From a virus (Duplodnaviria > Caudoviricetes): a DNA stretch of 64,000 bases. Shown here piece after piece: positions 1-8,249 of this stretch. The DNA lies in the IMG/VR virus record IMGVR_UViG_2706795947_000001, positions 12,973-76,972 of that record. The stretch is one strand, 5' to 3'. The translations under genes were made by a program, and so were the position numbers. Position 1 is the stretch's first letter; the number at the start of each line of letters is the position of its first letter. Below the pieces are notes generated by a model. It was not told where the DNA came from and searched no databases. It saw only the letters and a list, made by a program, of their open reading frames with translations.

Positions 1-11
1 AGTACGCATTC

Positions 12-308
12 TTGTGTACACTGCGCACCGACCTTCCCGGCGCGGACGTGGCGCAGAGAGCTGTTGAAGGATACGGTGCAACCGAACCCTCGCAGGGCAT
101 TGCGTTTGTCCGAAAGCTTGGAGCTGGGTTTGCAACAGTCTCCGCGGGGGCGCCACCCGAGACCGCAATAAGCGGTCGCGAGCTTGCGTACATCTCGTAC
201 GAGGCCGCTACCCAGTCGCTTGTGTTCACCTGGCGTACCGTTAACTCGGGAGACTCGACAGCAAAGAACATGAAGAAGAACTTCCTCATGACGTTCTCGC
301 TGTTCTGA
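12..308 (+). CDS. Hypothetical protein (possibly 5'-truncated by the window edge)
   Basis: ORF in head-gene orientation with phage-like codon use. Confidence 0.6.
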   Translation: MCTLRTDLPGADVAQRAVEGYGATEPSQGIAFVRKLGAGFATVSAGAPPETAISGRELAYISYEAATQSLVFTWRTVNSGDSTAKNMKKNFLMTFSLF

Positions 309-336
309 TCTACAACCACAAACAGAAATTGGTGCC

Positions 337-642
337 ATGAAACCAGAGTCGAGACACCCACTGAGGTGTACGTGCAGGACACAGCCGCTGTTGGCTTACT
401 ACGGCAGGAACAACCGGGGCCGAGCGTTCGTTCATGTAGCTTCATTCAAGAACAAGCGGCCGATCTCGCAGGTGTACACGACTGCGCCTATATCAATCTG
501 GTGCCCGTCGTGCGGGAAATGGTGGAACATCTTCGTGAAGAACGAGAAGCTCACCGCGGAAGAACGGCAGAGTGCTCCCCCGGTTCCCGAGCAAAAATCC
601 AAATCGCGGGTATTGCTGGACAACCCGCCGGATGACCAGTAA
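337..642 (+). CDS. Com-like zinc-finger protein
   Basis: LRCTC...LLA...IWCPSC Cys4 pattern like Mu Com. Confidence 0.55.
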   Translation: MKPESRHPLRCTCRTQPLLAYYGRNNRGRAFVHVASFKNKRPISQVYTTAPISIWCPSCGKWWNIFVKNEKLTAEERQSAPPVPEQKSKSRVLLDNPPDDQ

Positions 643-645
643 GGT
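617..645 (+). promoter_or_regulatory. Putative SigA-like promoter for head genes
   Basis: TGGACA-17bp-TAAGGT, 11 nt upstream of ATG 657, which has no clear SD. Confidence 0.4.
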
Positions 646-656
646 TTGGTGACATT

Positions 657-1892
657 ATGACAACGGCCACGCTATCGCCCGCGCAGAGGCGGAACTGCGT
701 CTTTGTCCGCAACCTCGGAGCGCCGACGAAGTCCTACACCAAGCAGGTGGACGACAAGTCGGGCAACGGCGGAACGGTCGAGGCGCTCATTGTCGAAGGC
801 AAGCCGATCTTCCGGAGCGGTACCTTCTCCGACAGCATGGGCATTGAGCACACGTGGGAAACGCTGCACATGAATCAGATGGTGGATCATGCGTCGCTGC
901 TTTCCAGTCGTGGCATCTTCGAAGACGTTCCGGTTCGCAAGGGCCATCCCGACTGGGGTGGCCTGTTCAGTGATCCGGTTCGGAACGCGATGGACGAGCT
1001 CATCGGATACATGGGCAACTTCCGTACCGAGGAGCGGGTCAATCCGGCAGACGGACAGACCTACACATACTTGCTCGCAGACCTCGAGATTCTCCAAGAG
1101 GACGCGATCAAGAACATCAAGTCCGGTCTCTGGCGGAATGTGTCCGCCGAGATCAGCACATACGTCACCAACGGTAATGCCGAGTACTGGCCTGTCATGT
1201 ATGGGGTGGCCTACGTAGACATCCCAGCTGTTGAGGGCCTCAAGGCTCAGCACTCCAAGGCGGCGAATCAATTCAGCATCATTCTGGAGGAAGACATGGG
1301 ACCGACGCCCAACAACCCCAACCCGCCTGTTCCCAACGAACAGGGCGGCAGCGGGGATCAGAACAACAACGGTGGTGCGAGCAACCACAGCGCACCGACC
1401 CCCACTCCGGCCCCGGCTGCTCCGGCATTCTCGTTCAGCATCGGCGGCCAGCAGACCACCGACTTCTCCGCCGTGCAGGCTCACATCACCAACATCGAGA
1501 CCGAGAACACTTCGCTGAAGCAGTTCAAGCGGGAGTCGGTCGAGGCCGGCCGAGTCGCGTTCGTCAACGGTCTCGTCAAGGCGAACAAGATCTCCGCCGC
1601 CGACGAGGACAAGTGGGTCGAGTACGCGAAGAAGCAGGACGACGCGGGCTTCGCGCAGTGGAAGGAGCTCATGGAGGGTGTGCCCGCAATGCCGGTCACC
1701 AACCCCCAGGGTGCCGGGTTCTCGCAGAGCCACGACCAGACCCAGCAGACCGACGCCAAGACCGAGCGCATCGACGTGCTCAAGTCCATCGTGTCGGCAC
1801 ACAAGCTGGGCAACCGCATGACGACCGCCCAGATCATGGAGCAGCCCTCGTACAAGGAGCTGCTGCAGCTCGAGCCGTCCTTCACCCTCTAG
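657..1892 (+). CDS. Capsid maturation protease fused to scaffold (Mu gpI-like)
   Basis: IKSGLWRNVSAEI and VAYVDIPAVEGL motifs, low-complexity linker, helical C-terminus, position before capsid genes. Confidence 0.8.
   Translation: MTTATLSPAQRRNCVFVRNLGAPTKSYTKQVDDKSGNGGTVEALIVEGKPIFRSGTFSDSMGIEHTWETLHMNQMVDHASLLSSRGIFEDVPVRKGHPDWGGLFSDPVRNAMDELIGYMGNFRTEERVNPADGQTYTYLLADLEILQEDAIKNIKSGLWRNVSAEISTYVTNGNAEYWPVMYGVAYVDIPAVEGLKAQHSKAANQFSIILEEDMGPTPNNPNPPVPNEQGGSGDQNNNGGASNHSAPTPTPAPAAPAFSFSIGGQQTTDFSAVQAHITNIETENTSLKQFKRESVEAGRVAFVNGLVKANKISAADEDKWVEYAKKQDDAGFAQWKELMEGVPAMPVTNPQGAGFSQSHDQTQQTDAKTERIDVLKSIVSAHKLGNRMTTAQIMEQPSYKELLQLEPSFTL
1296..1892 (+). CDS. Nested in-frame scaffolding protein
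   Basis: GGAGG SD 5 nt before in-frame ATG 1296 at the domain boundary. Confidence 0.55.
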   Translation: MGPTPNNPNPPVPNEQGGSGDQNNNGGASNHSAPTPTPAPAAPAFSFSIGGQQTTDFSAVQAHITNIETENTSLKQFKRESVEAGRVAFVNGLVKANKISAADEDKWVEYAKKQDDAGFAQWKELMEGVPAMPVTNPQGAGFSQSHDQTQQTDAKTERIDVLKSIVSAHKLGNRMTTAQIMEQPSYKELLQLEPSFTL

Positions 1893-1928
1893 GTTCGCGG
1901 CCACCCTCAACAAGAAGGAAGAAACACA

Positions 1929-2399
1929 ATGGCTGATTTCGTCAAGGGTCGCGAAGAGTACGCGGTCCACGGCAAGCGCCAGATCCTCCGGCACGCTCAC
2001 CCCGGCTCGTTCACGGTGGTCTCCAAGACCATCTCGCACGAGGCTTTCCCGGTGGCCGAGGACGCGGACGGCAACCCCGACTACGTGCTGCAGGAGGGCG
2101 AGGTCCTCGTCAACCTGACCTCCGGCCCGCACGCGGGCAAGTGCGTTCCGTTCCAGCTGGACCCGACGACGCCCTTCACCGACGGACGCTCGACCACCGC
2201 CAACCTGGTCGGCGTCTGCAAGGACTACTTCGGCTGGGAGCTCTCCGAGCGCGATGTCGAGGCGGGCGTTCTGGATCGGGGTCACCTGGTGCAGAACTGG
2301 TGCACCATCCGCGATGCAGATGGGAACCGGGTCACCCTGACCAACACGGTAGCCGACGCGCTCCGTAGCAAGAAGAACCTCGACATCCTCTTCTCGTAA
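1929..2399 (+). CDS. Capsid decoration protein (lambda gpD-like)
   Basis: 156 aa between scaffold and capsid; AAGGA SD. Confidence 0.7.
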   Translation: MADFVKGREEYAVHGKRQILRHAHPGSFTVVSKTISHEAFPVAEDADGNPDYVLQEGEVLVNLTSGPHAGKCVPFQLDPTTPFTDGRSTTANLVGVCKDYFGWELSERDVEAGVLDRGHLVQNWCTIRDADGNRVTLTNTVADALRSKKNLDILFS

Positions 2400-2411
2400 G
2401 GAGACGAACAA

Positions 2412-3611
2412 GTGACCGCATCACTGGGCATGTTCAACAAGCCCCAGCCCAACGCCTACGGCGCGCAGCCGCTGGACAAGCTCATCCGCAAGGAGGTGGC
2501 GCTCGGCGTCATCAAGGAGATCGTCAAGCCTGAGGATCACCTCGGCCTGACCCTCTTCCCCTTCAAGGACGTGCCGACCGACGACTACATCTTTTCGTAT
2601 GTCAAGGGTCTGACCACCGGCCTGGCACCCGCCATCGCCGAGTCGGCCGAATCGGAACTGGCCCAGAAGGACAGCGGCCTGGCCAACCAGGGCCGTGCGT
2701 CGATCATCGACTGGCGCCTCAAGGACCACTACGACGCCGCCGACGTGCAGCGTTTCCTGGACCTACAGCTCCTGGCCGAGGCCAACCAGTTCGGGCCGTA
2801 CGGCCTGCCGAACACCCTGCTGGGTGACATCAACCAGCTGCCGCAGCGGATGCAGCGCGACACCGAAGAGCGTCGTCGTCGCCTCGACAACCGAGCCGAG
2901 TGGCTCATCATGCAGTCGCTGTCCAACGGCGGCATCGCTTACAACGACGGGAACATCAAGTTCTCCGTCGACTGGAAGCGTCCGGTTGACCAGCAGGCGC
3001 AGGCCCCGTCCTCGGGCACCTACGCCTCGACCACCCACGATCCCATCGGGGACATCAACAAGATCAAGCGACTGATCTACAACCGCTACGGCGTCCTGAT
3101 CACTCGCGCGATCTGCTCGAACAAGTTCCTGTTGAGCCTCATCAACTCGGACAAGTTCATCCTCCGTGCAGGACTGGGAACCGCAGCGAACTCGGGCATC
3201 GGTCAATCGGACATCCCCTACCTGATCAACGGCTGGGGTCCGCAGGTTGCCATCGACATCGTCGAGCAGCAGACCGGCATCAAGTTCATCGAGTACGATT
3301 CGGGCTACCGCAGCAAGCCAGACTTCGCTCAGGGGCCGGTGACCTTCAACCGGTACCTGCCCGAGACGCGCGTCATCTTCATGCCGGACGACAACGCGAT
3401 GGCCGAGTACGACTCCTCGGACATCGGCCTCGGCAAGATGCTGACCAGCCCGCACAGCATGGGCAACGGGTCCGCAGGGTTCTACATGTGGGAGCAGGAC
3501 ACCACGGACCCCTGGGGCAAGAACGTCGGCACCGGGATCAAGATGTTCCCGCTGTTCCCGCACATGGAGCTCACGTACACAATGGACGTGACCCTCCCCG
3601 CCGATCTCTGA
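2412..3611 (+). CDS. Major capsid protein (gpE-like)
   Basis: 399 aa, strongly biased codons, RLDNRAEWL...QSL and DPIGDI motifs, synteny. Confidence 0.88.
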   Translation: MTASLGMFNKPQPNAYGAQPLDKLIRKEVALGVIKEIVKPEDHLGLTLFPFKDVPTDDYIFSYVKGLTTGLAPAIAESAESELAQKDSGLANQGRASIIDWRLKDHYDAADVQRFLDLQLLAEANQFGPYGLPNTLLGDINQLPQRMQRDTEERRRRLDNRAEWLIMQSLSNGGIAYNDGNIKFSVDWKRPVDQQAQAPSSGTYASTTHDPIGDINKIKRLIYNRYGVLITRAICSNKFLLSLINSDKFILRAGLGTAANSGIGQSDIPYLINGWGPQVAIDIVEQQTGIKFIEYDSGYRSKPDFAQGPVTFNRYLPETRVIFMPDDNAMAEYDSSDIGLGKMLTSPHSMGNGSAGFYMWEQDTTDPWGKNVGTGIKMFPLFPHMELTYTMDVTLPADL

Positions 3612-3629
3612 TCGAAAGGAGTTAGCGAC

Positions 3630-3824
3630 ATGGCCTCGAAGAGCACCGTCGTCGTGAAGAAGAAGGGCGCCCGAGGTGGCGTCAACCCCGGCACTGCGGG
3701 CACCGGGGCAGGCCTCCTGCCCTACGGCGCGCAGACCGGTGGACAGTCCAGCGCCGATCCGGTCAAGTCGGTGAAGGCAACGCAGGACAAGAACCGCCGG
3801 GCCATCGGGTACGGCGAGCGCTGA
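3630..3824 (+). CDS. Small basic virion-associated protein
   Basis: AAAGGAG SD; Lys/Gly-rich. Confidence 0.7.
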   Translation: MASKSTVVVKKKGARGGVNPGTAGTGAGLLPYGAQTGGQSSADPVKSVKATQDKNRRAIGYGER

Positions 3825-3830
3825 CAGACT

Positions 3831-3873
3831 CTACGCCGACCGAGTGGCCTTCCCTAGCACTCGGTCGGCGTAG
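3831..3873 (+). terminator. 16-bp perfect stem-loop after capsid operon
   Basis: CTACGCCGACCGAGTG-11nt-CACTCGGTCGGCGTAG. Confidence 0.7.
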
Positions 3874-3896
3874 TCTCGCATCCGCAAAGGAGAATC

Positions 3897-4214
3897 ATGG
3901 CAGAGAACACCGAGGCTTCGGTCAAGGCCGAAGCCGACGACAACAAGCCGATCGGCCGTCCCGACTCGCCGAACGCCGAAGAGCCCGCCAACGAGGTAGA
4001 CGCCATCGTCTACTCGGACGAGGAGCGCGAGGACTACGAGCGCTTCGGGGCAACCCCGCCGCCCGAGCATCCGAACTTCGGAGCTACGTACTTCGACAGC
4101 AAGTCGGAGGACGAGGACTCGGACGAGGGAAAGAAGAAGGAAGAGCCGAAGCAGTCCACGCCGTCGAGCCCGACTGCGCCGCCTGCTCCGCCCGCTCCGA
4201 GCGCAAAGGCCTGA
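3897..4214 (+). CDS. Acidic/Pro-rich hypothetical protein
   Basis: AAAGGAG SD, biased codons. Confidence 0.75.
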   Translation: MAENTEASVKAEADDNKPIGRPDSPNAEEPANEVDAIVYSDEEREDYERFGATPPPEHPNFGATYFDSKSEDEDSDEGKKKEEPKQSTPSSPTAPPAPPAPSAKA

Positions 4215-4221
4215 TACAGAA

Positions 4222-4740
4222 ATGCCGGCAAACCGCCCCGTGTACTGCACGACAGCGTCTATCCAGACTCACGTGCAGAATATCAAGCTGCCTCAGGGTG
4301 CTACCTGGGACAGCTTGGCCGAGACCGCTTCCAACGAGGTGGACTCGAATCTCGGTGTGCGGTACGTCACTCCATTTCAGGTCTCGCCCAGTGATCCAGC
4401 TCAGCGCGCCGCCGCCTTCTGGTTGCAGAACGTAACCAGTATGATTGCGGCGGCGCGCCTGATGCTGTCGATCTCGGCGCCCGGTTCGCAAGACAACGCA
4501 AACAGCTACGGTCAGTACTTGCTGCAGAATGCAACGCGACTGATGAACGATGTCATCAGCGGCAAGGTTGATCTCGCAGGAGTAGAAGAGATCGGAGCGA
4601 ATGACTCCGTCATTCAGGGTCCGACGATTCTAAATGAAGACGCATTCTCTCAGGTCGATGTCTTCTATGACAACTTCGCACCAGAGGGAATCATGCCCGG
4701 CCTTCGGCCCCGCGAGAAGGGTACGCCGTGGCCGAGATAG
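4222..4740 (+). CDS. Head-to-tail adaptor (Mu gp36-like)
   Basis: YCT...ASNEVDSNLGVRYVTP...A.RLMNDVISGKVDL pattern. Confidence 0.75.
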   Translation: MPANRPVYCTTASIQTHVQNIKLPQGATWDSLAETASNEVDSNLGVRYVTPFQVSPSDPAQRAAAFWLQNVTSMIAAARLMLSISAPGSQDNANSYGQYLLQNATRLMNDVISGKVDLAGVEEIGANDSVIQGPTILNEDAFSQVDVFYDNFAPEGIMPGLRPREKGTPWPR

Positions 4741-5225
4741 TTCTCGAGACGATCGTTGACGTAAGCCGTCCGACTCTCAGAATCAAAGCTTACCAGGACA
4801 GAGTAGAGGGCGCATCCCTTGCTGCATTCATGCAGGGATTCGCAGCCCCACTCCTCCAGGACCGTGCACACGACCGCTTCGAGGGTGAAGGCGATTCGGC
4901 TTCGGGCAAGTGGAAACCACTGCAGCCCTCGACCATCGCCCGCCGCGAGAAGGCCGGGCAGGTGCCCATCAAGATCAACGACAGGACCGGCACCATGCGG
5001 GCCTGGGTGGAGAACGCGCAGGGCAGGATCACCGCCGTGAAGTATGCGGCAGTGCTTGAGTGGCCAGGCACTCCGTCCAACAGGACGGTCGGCAAGAAGC
5101 TCAAGGTTGCGCAGATGGGCTTGCCCACTCCGTACACTCCACCTCGTCCTGTTGTGGCAATTGAGGGCGAGGACTTGTTGACCATCCTTGTCGCAATGGA
5201 GAACTGGATTGGAGCGGTGCCGTGA
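4728..5225 (+). CDS. Virion morphogenesis / tail completion protein (Mu gpG-like)
   Basis: RFEGEG...KWKPLQPSTI...DRTGTMR...PPRP pattern. Confidence 0.7.
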   Translation: MAEIVLETIVDVSRPTLRIKAYQDRVEGASLAAFMQGFAAPLLQDRAHDRFEGEGDSASGKWKPLQPSTIARREKAGQVPIKINDRTGTMRAWVENAQGRITAVKYAAVLEWPGTPSNRTVGKKLKVAQMGLPTPYTPPRPVVAIEGEDLLTILVAMENWIGAVP

Positions 5226-5707
5226 TTGAGAGTCCTGGCGATACCTTCTTTCCGTACAATGCGATCGAGGCTCTCGAGAATGGAACTCGAGCCTACATCG
5301 ACCCGACGCTGACATTCGAGCGTCGCAGACTTCTGGTGACGGACCCCAATGACACTGTTGGCATTGTTCCAATCAGTTGGAATCCGGCAGCAGGAGAGAT
5401 CGGAAGGGTTGAATCTTCGATCCAGCTTTACACGATCTACATTCAGACGTTGATCGTTGATCCTGACGAGGCGCGAGGACTGCAGACGCATTCCTACTTC
5501 GCTAAGCGCATGAGGGAAATGCTTGTGCGCAACCCGGTCCTTCGTGTAGCGTTGGGGAAACTCGAGACGGTTGACCCGGCGGGCGTGAAAGAAAAGACTT
5601 CAAACGTCACTGTTGGCGAGCAAGTCTTCCACAATCAGGAGACCGACGGTAACTGGCGGTACCTGAGTACGCTTGAGCTTCGGCTCGAAACCCAGATCAG
5701 TAACTAG
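5222..5707 (+). CDS. Putative tail terminator
   Basis: Size and synteny before major tail gene. Confidence 0.55.
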   Translation: MIESPGDTFFPYNAIEALENGTRAYIDPTLTFERRRLLVTDPNDTVGIVPISWNPAAGEIGRVESSIQLYTIYIQTLIVDPDEARGLQTHSYFAKRMREMLVRNPVLRVALGKLETVDPAGVKEKTSNVTVGEQVFHNQETDGNWRYLSTLELRLETQISN

Positions 5708-5720
5708 TAAGGGAGTTGTA

Positions 5721-6062
5721 ATGGCTGAAGCGCCAACCCCCGAAGAGCTCGCAGCCAAGCGCCGCGAGCTTCAGGAGCTGCGTCAGCAGAACGCTGACAC
5801 GCAGTCCGGTCGGGACCAGCAGGCTGCCGAGGAGCGCCGTCGTCGCGAGTACGAGGCGATCCAGGCAGACATCAACTACGAGCTCCAGGCCCAGGCGATC
5901 CTCGAAGGCAAGCCGCTGCCGGACTTCAACGAGCCGCCCGCCAACGAGCCGCCGGACACTGCGAGCGTCCCGGCCAACACCGAGCAGACCCGCACGCAGA
6001 CGTCCTCGCCGACGCCGCCGCAGGTCAACCTCGGTGACGACGACAACAAGGAAGGGGCGTAA
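5721..6062 (+). CDS. Hypothetical coiled-coil protein
   Basis: AAGGGAG SD before ATG 5721. Confidence 0.7.
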   Translation: MAEAPTPEELAAKRRELQELRQQNADTQSGRDQQAAEERRRREYEAIQADINYELQAQAILEGKPLPDFNEPPANEPPDTASVPANTEQTRTQTSSPTPPQVNLGDDDNKEGA

Positions 6063-6065
6063 GTC

Positions 6066-7085
6066 ATGGGCGTCAGTTCACAGCAGGGCGTCTTCGGGCT
6101 GAAGACCCAGACCGCCCGAGGTGTCGCTGCCACCAACATCGGGACCACCGGCGTCGCGATGTATCGCACAGGCGGCTCGATGACTCCGAACCGGGAACTC
6201 ATGATTCCGGACGCCGAGATCGGCGGCGGTCGCGACGTGCCCGACGCGCTGCTCGGACCCATCTCGTTCGGCGGCGACATCGAGTACTACACCCGATTCA
6301 ACTCCATCGGCATCCTGTTGAAGGCCGCCCTCGGTGCCCCGGTCAGCGCAGCGGGCACTGCCACCGGCACCAACGTGCACACCTTCACTCCGACGGATGC
6401 AACCACGCTTCCGTTCCTGACGGTGTACGAGCGCATCGGTGCAGACCTCGAGCGTATCCTGTACACCGATGTCGTGGTGAACACCCTGCACCTCGAGTCG
6501 GACGCCGACGGCTACCTCACCGGCACCGCAGGTCTCATCGCCTGCCGTGGCCTGTTCGGCACCCCGGACGTGGACGTCTCGGACGTGCTCGACGAGACCA
6601 CGATCACGGTCGGCACGAACATCCAGGTGCTCTACGACGGCGCGAACATCAAGCCGAAGTCGTTCAGCATCGACATCAACAACAACTTCGAGGACGACGA
6701 CTTCCGTCTCGGCTCCTTCTACCTGGAGGACCTCACCCCGAAGCGCCGCGAGGTCAACGGTTCGCTCACGCTGCGGCACGAGACCAAGGACCTCATGCGG
6801 CAGGCCCTGCTCGGCTCGTCCTCGGCCACCCTGGCTGGCGGTCTCACCACCAAGAAGCCGATCGAGATTCAGATCGACACCTACGGTGAGATCGAGGGAT
6901 CGGCTCCGGCCACCCCGTACTCGCTGAACCTGGAGTTCGGCAAGACGGTGTTCGAGCCCTTCGGCTTCGAGCCCTCGGGCGATGACATCCTCGAGTCGGA
7001 TGTCACCTTCCAGGCGCTGCGCCCGGTCGCCACCGATCCGGTGATGACCGCGACCCTGACCAACGGTCTCGCAGCCATCCCGTAA
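6066..7085 (+). CDS. Major tail (tube) protein
   Basis: 339 aa Thr/Gly-rich, HTFTP and FSIDINNN motifs, synteny. Confidence 0.85.
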   Translation: MGVSSQQGVFGLKTQTARGVAATNIGTTGVAMYRTGGSMTPNRELMIPDAEIGGGRDVPDALLGPISFGGDIEYYTRFNSIGILLKAALGAPVSAAGTATGTNVHTFTPTDATTLPFLTVYERIGADLERILYTDVVVNTLHLESDADGYLTGTAGLIACRGLFGTPDVDVSDVLDETTITVGTNIQVLYDGANIKPKSFSIDINNNFEDDDFRLGSFYLEDLTPKRREVNGSLTLRHETKDLMRQALLGSSSATLAGGLTTKKPIEIQIDTYGEIEGSAPATPYSLNLEFGKTVFEPFGFEPSGDDILESDVTFQALRPVATDPVMTATLTNGLAAIP

Positions 7086-7111
7086 GCACCCCGGTTACCT
7101 CCTGGGGAAAC

Positions 7112-7157
7112 CAGGCTCCCGCATCGAGACCGGCGAACCTCTCGGTGCGGGAGCCTG
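7112..7157 (+). terminator. 18-bp stem-loop after major tail gene
   Basis: CAGGCTCCCGCATCGAGA / TCTCGGTGCGGGAGCCTG, one G-U pair. Confidence 0.65.
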
Positions 7158-7161
7158 TCCA

Positions 7162-7235
7162 TGATCCATAGCTCAATTCGGCAGAGCGCCCGACTGTTAA
7201 TCGGGTGGTTGTAGGTTCAAGTCCTACTGGGTCAG
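7162..7235 (+). tRNA. trnN: tRNA-Asn (GTT)
   Basis: Acceptor TGATCCA/TGGGTCA, D arm GCTC/GAGC, anticodon arm CCCGA-ctGTTaa-TCGGG, T arm GTAGG-TTCAAGT-CCTAC; CCA not encoded. Confidence 0.95.
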
Positions 7236-7275
7236 CGCAGTACAGATGTCAACTAAGACCAGTGAAAGGGTCACC

Positions 7276-7869
7276 ATGACACACGCAGGAATCCCGACCG
7301 CCACGCAGGACACCAGCGACTTCGACGGTCGCCCCGAGGTGGAGCGCGCCAATGCAGCAGCCGTCGCCGCCGGGGAGAAGATCGAGGAGAAGCAGTTCGT
7401 CGATTACTTCGCCGCGCCCCTTCCGCAGCGCTGGTACCTGCCCGATGGCGTCCAGTACTTCGAGTTCCAGGAACTCCGCGAGGGCGGCAAGTCGGCTTAC
7501 GAGAAGCTGACCAACAAGGACATCCGCGTCCAGCGCTCCACCGGCGACGCGCGCCTGTCGGTCGATCCGGCGATCCAGCGCCAGTCGCTGATCCGCCTGT
7601 CGGTCACCGATGTGTACCTCCTGCAGAAGGACTCGGGCGGGCAGCCGCAGCCCATGCCCTTCAACAAGGAGCGACCCGGCAAGTTCTGGGAGAACCTGTT
7701 CACGTTCTTCCCCGCCGCCCTCATCGACAAGCTCCACCGCGAGATCGTCGACATCAACGCCTGGCTCGCCGCCGACGACGATGTCGATGCACTCAAGGAG
7801 GAGCGCGAGCGTCTCGACGAGCGCATCGCCAAGGCCGAAGAGGAGCAGGCAAAAAAGCTCTCCTTGTAG
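7276..7869 (+). CDS. Tail assembly chaperone (short form)
   Basis: Between major tail and tape measure; GAAAGGG SD before ATG 7276. Confidence 0.85.
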   Translation: MTHAGIPTATQDTSDFDGRPEVERANAAAVAAGEKIEEKQFVDYFAAPLPQRWYLPDGVQYFEFQELREGGKSAYEKLTNKDIRVQRSTGDARLSVDPAIQRQSLIRLSVTDVYLLQKDSGGQPQPMPFNKERPGKFWENLFTFFPAALIDKLHREIVDINAWLAADDDVDALKEERERLDERIAKAEEEQAKKLSL

Positions 7870-8144
7870 AACAGGCCGCCGACTTCGTCAAGGGAAATCG
7901 GATAGCCAACCCTCATCCCGCCCTGCTCATCTACGGCAGACTTGAGGCGATGAAGTGGTCGATCCCCTACACGCCAGGTGGGCTTGAGGATCAGAGCGTG
8001 ATGCTGCTGAGATGCTTCGATGTCATTAACCGCGTCAAGGCAGAGCACGAGCGACAAGAACAAAAGAAACGCGAACAGGAATCCAAGTCGAAACGACCCA
8101 ACCCAAGGGGCGGGTCTCGACCAACGGGCCGTCGCAAGAAGTAA
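7276..8144 (+). CDS. Tail assembly chaperone long form via -1 frameshift at A-AAA-AAG (7851-7857)
   Basis: In-frame slippery heptamer; -1 frame open to TAA 8144 (...WSIPYTPGGLEDQ...). Confidence 0.85.
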
Positions 8145-8181
8145 CAACGAGGGCGGTGCTTGCGGGCACCGCCCTCGTTGT
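8144..8181 (+). terminator. 16-bp perfect stem-loop overlapping a putative promoter (8160-8188)
   Basis: ACAACGAGGGCGGTGC-ttgcgg-GCACCGCCCTCGTTGT; TTGCGG-17-TATTAT. Confidence 0.6.
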
Positions 8182-8249
8182 GTATTATGATCAGCACTCA
8201 ACGGGCACACGAGGCCCATACTATTGGACCTCGAAGTCTGGAGTAAGCG

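Noticed and set aside
672-2411. 579-aa antisense ORF
   Set aside because: Shadow of high-GC3 sense genes; no motifs
7162-7235. tRNA as a prophage attachment site
   Set aside because: No integrase, no duplicated tRNA end and no host genes in the window
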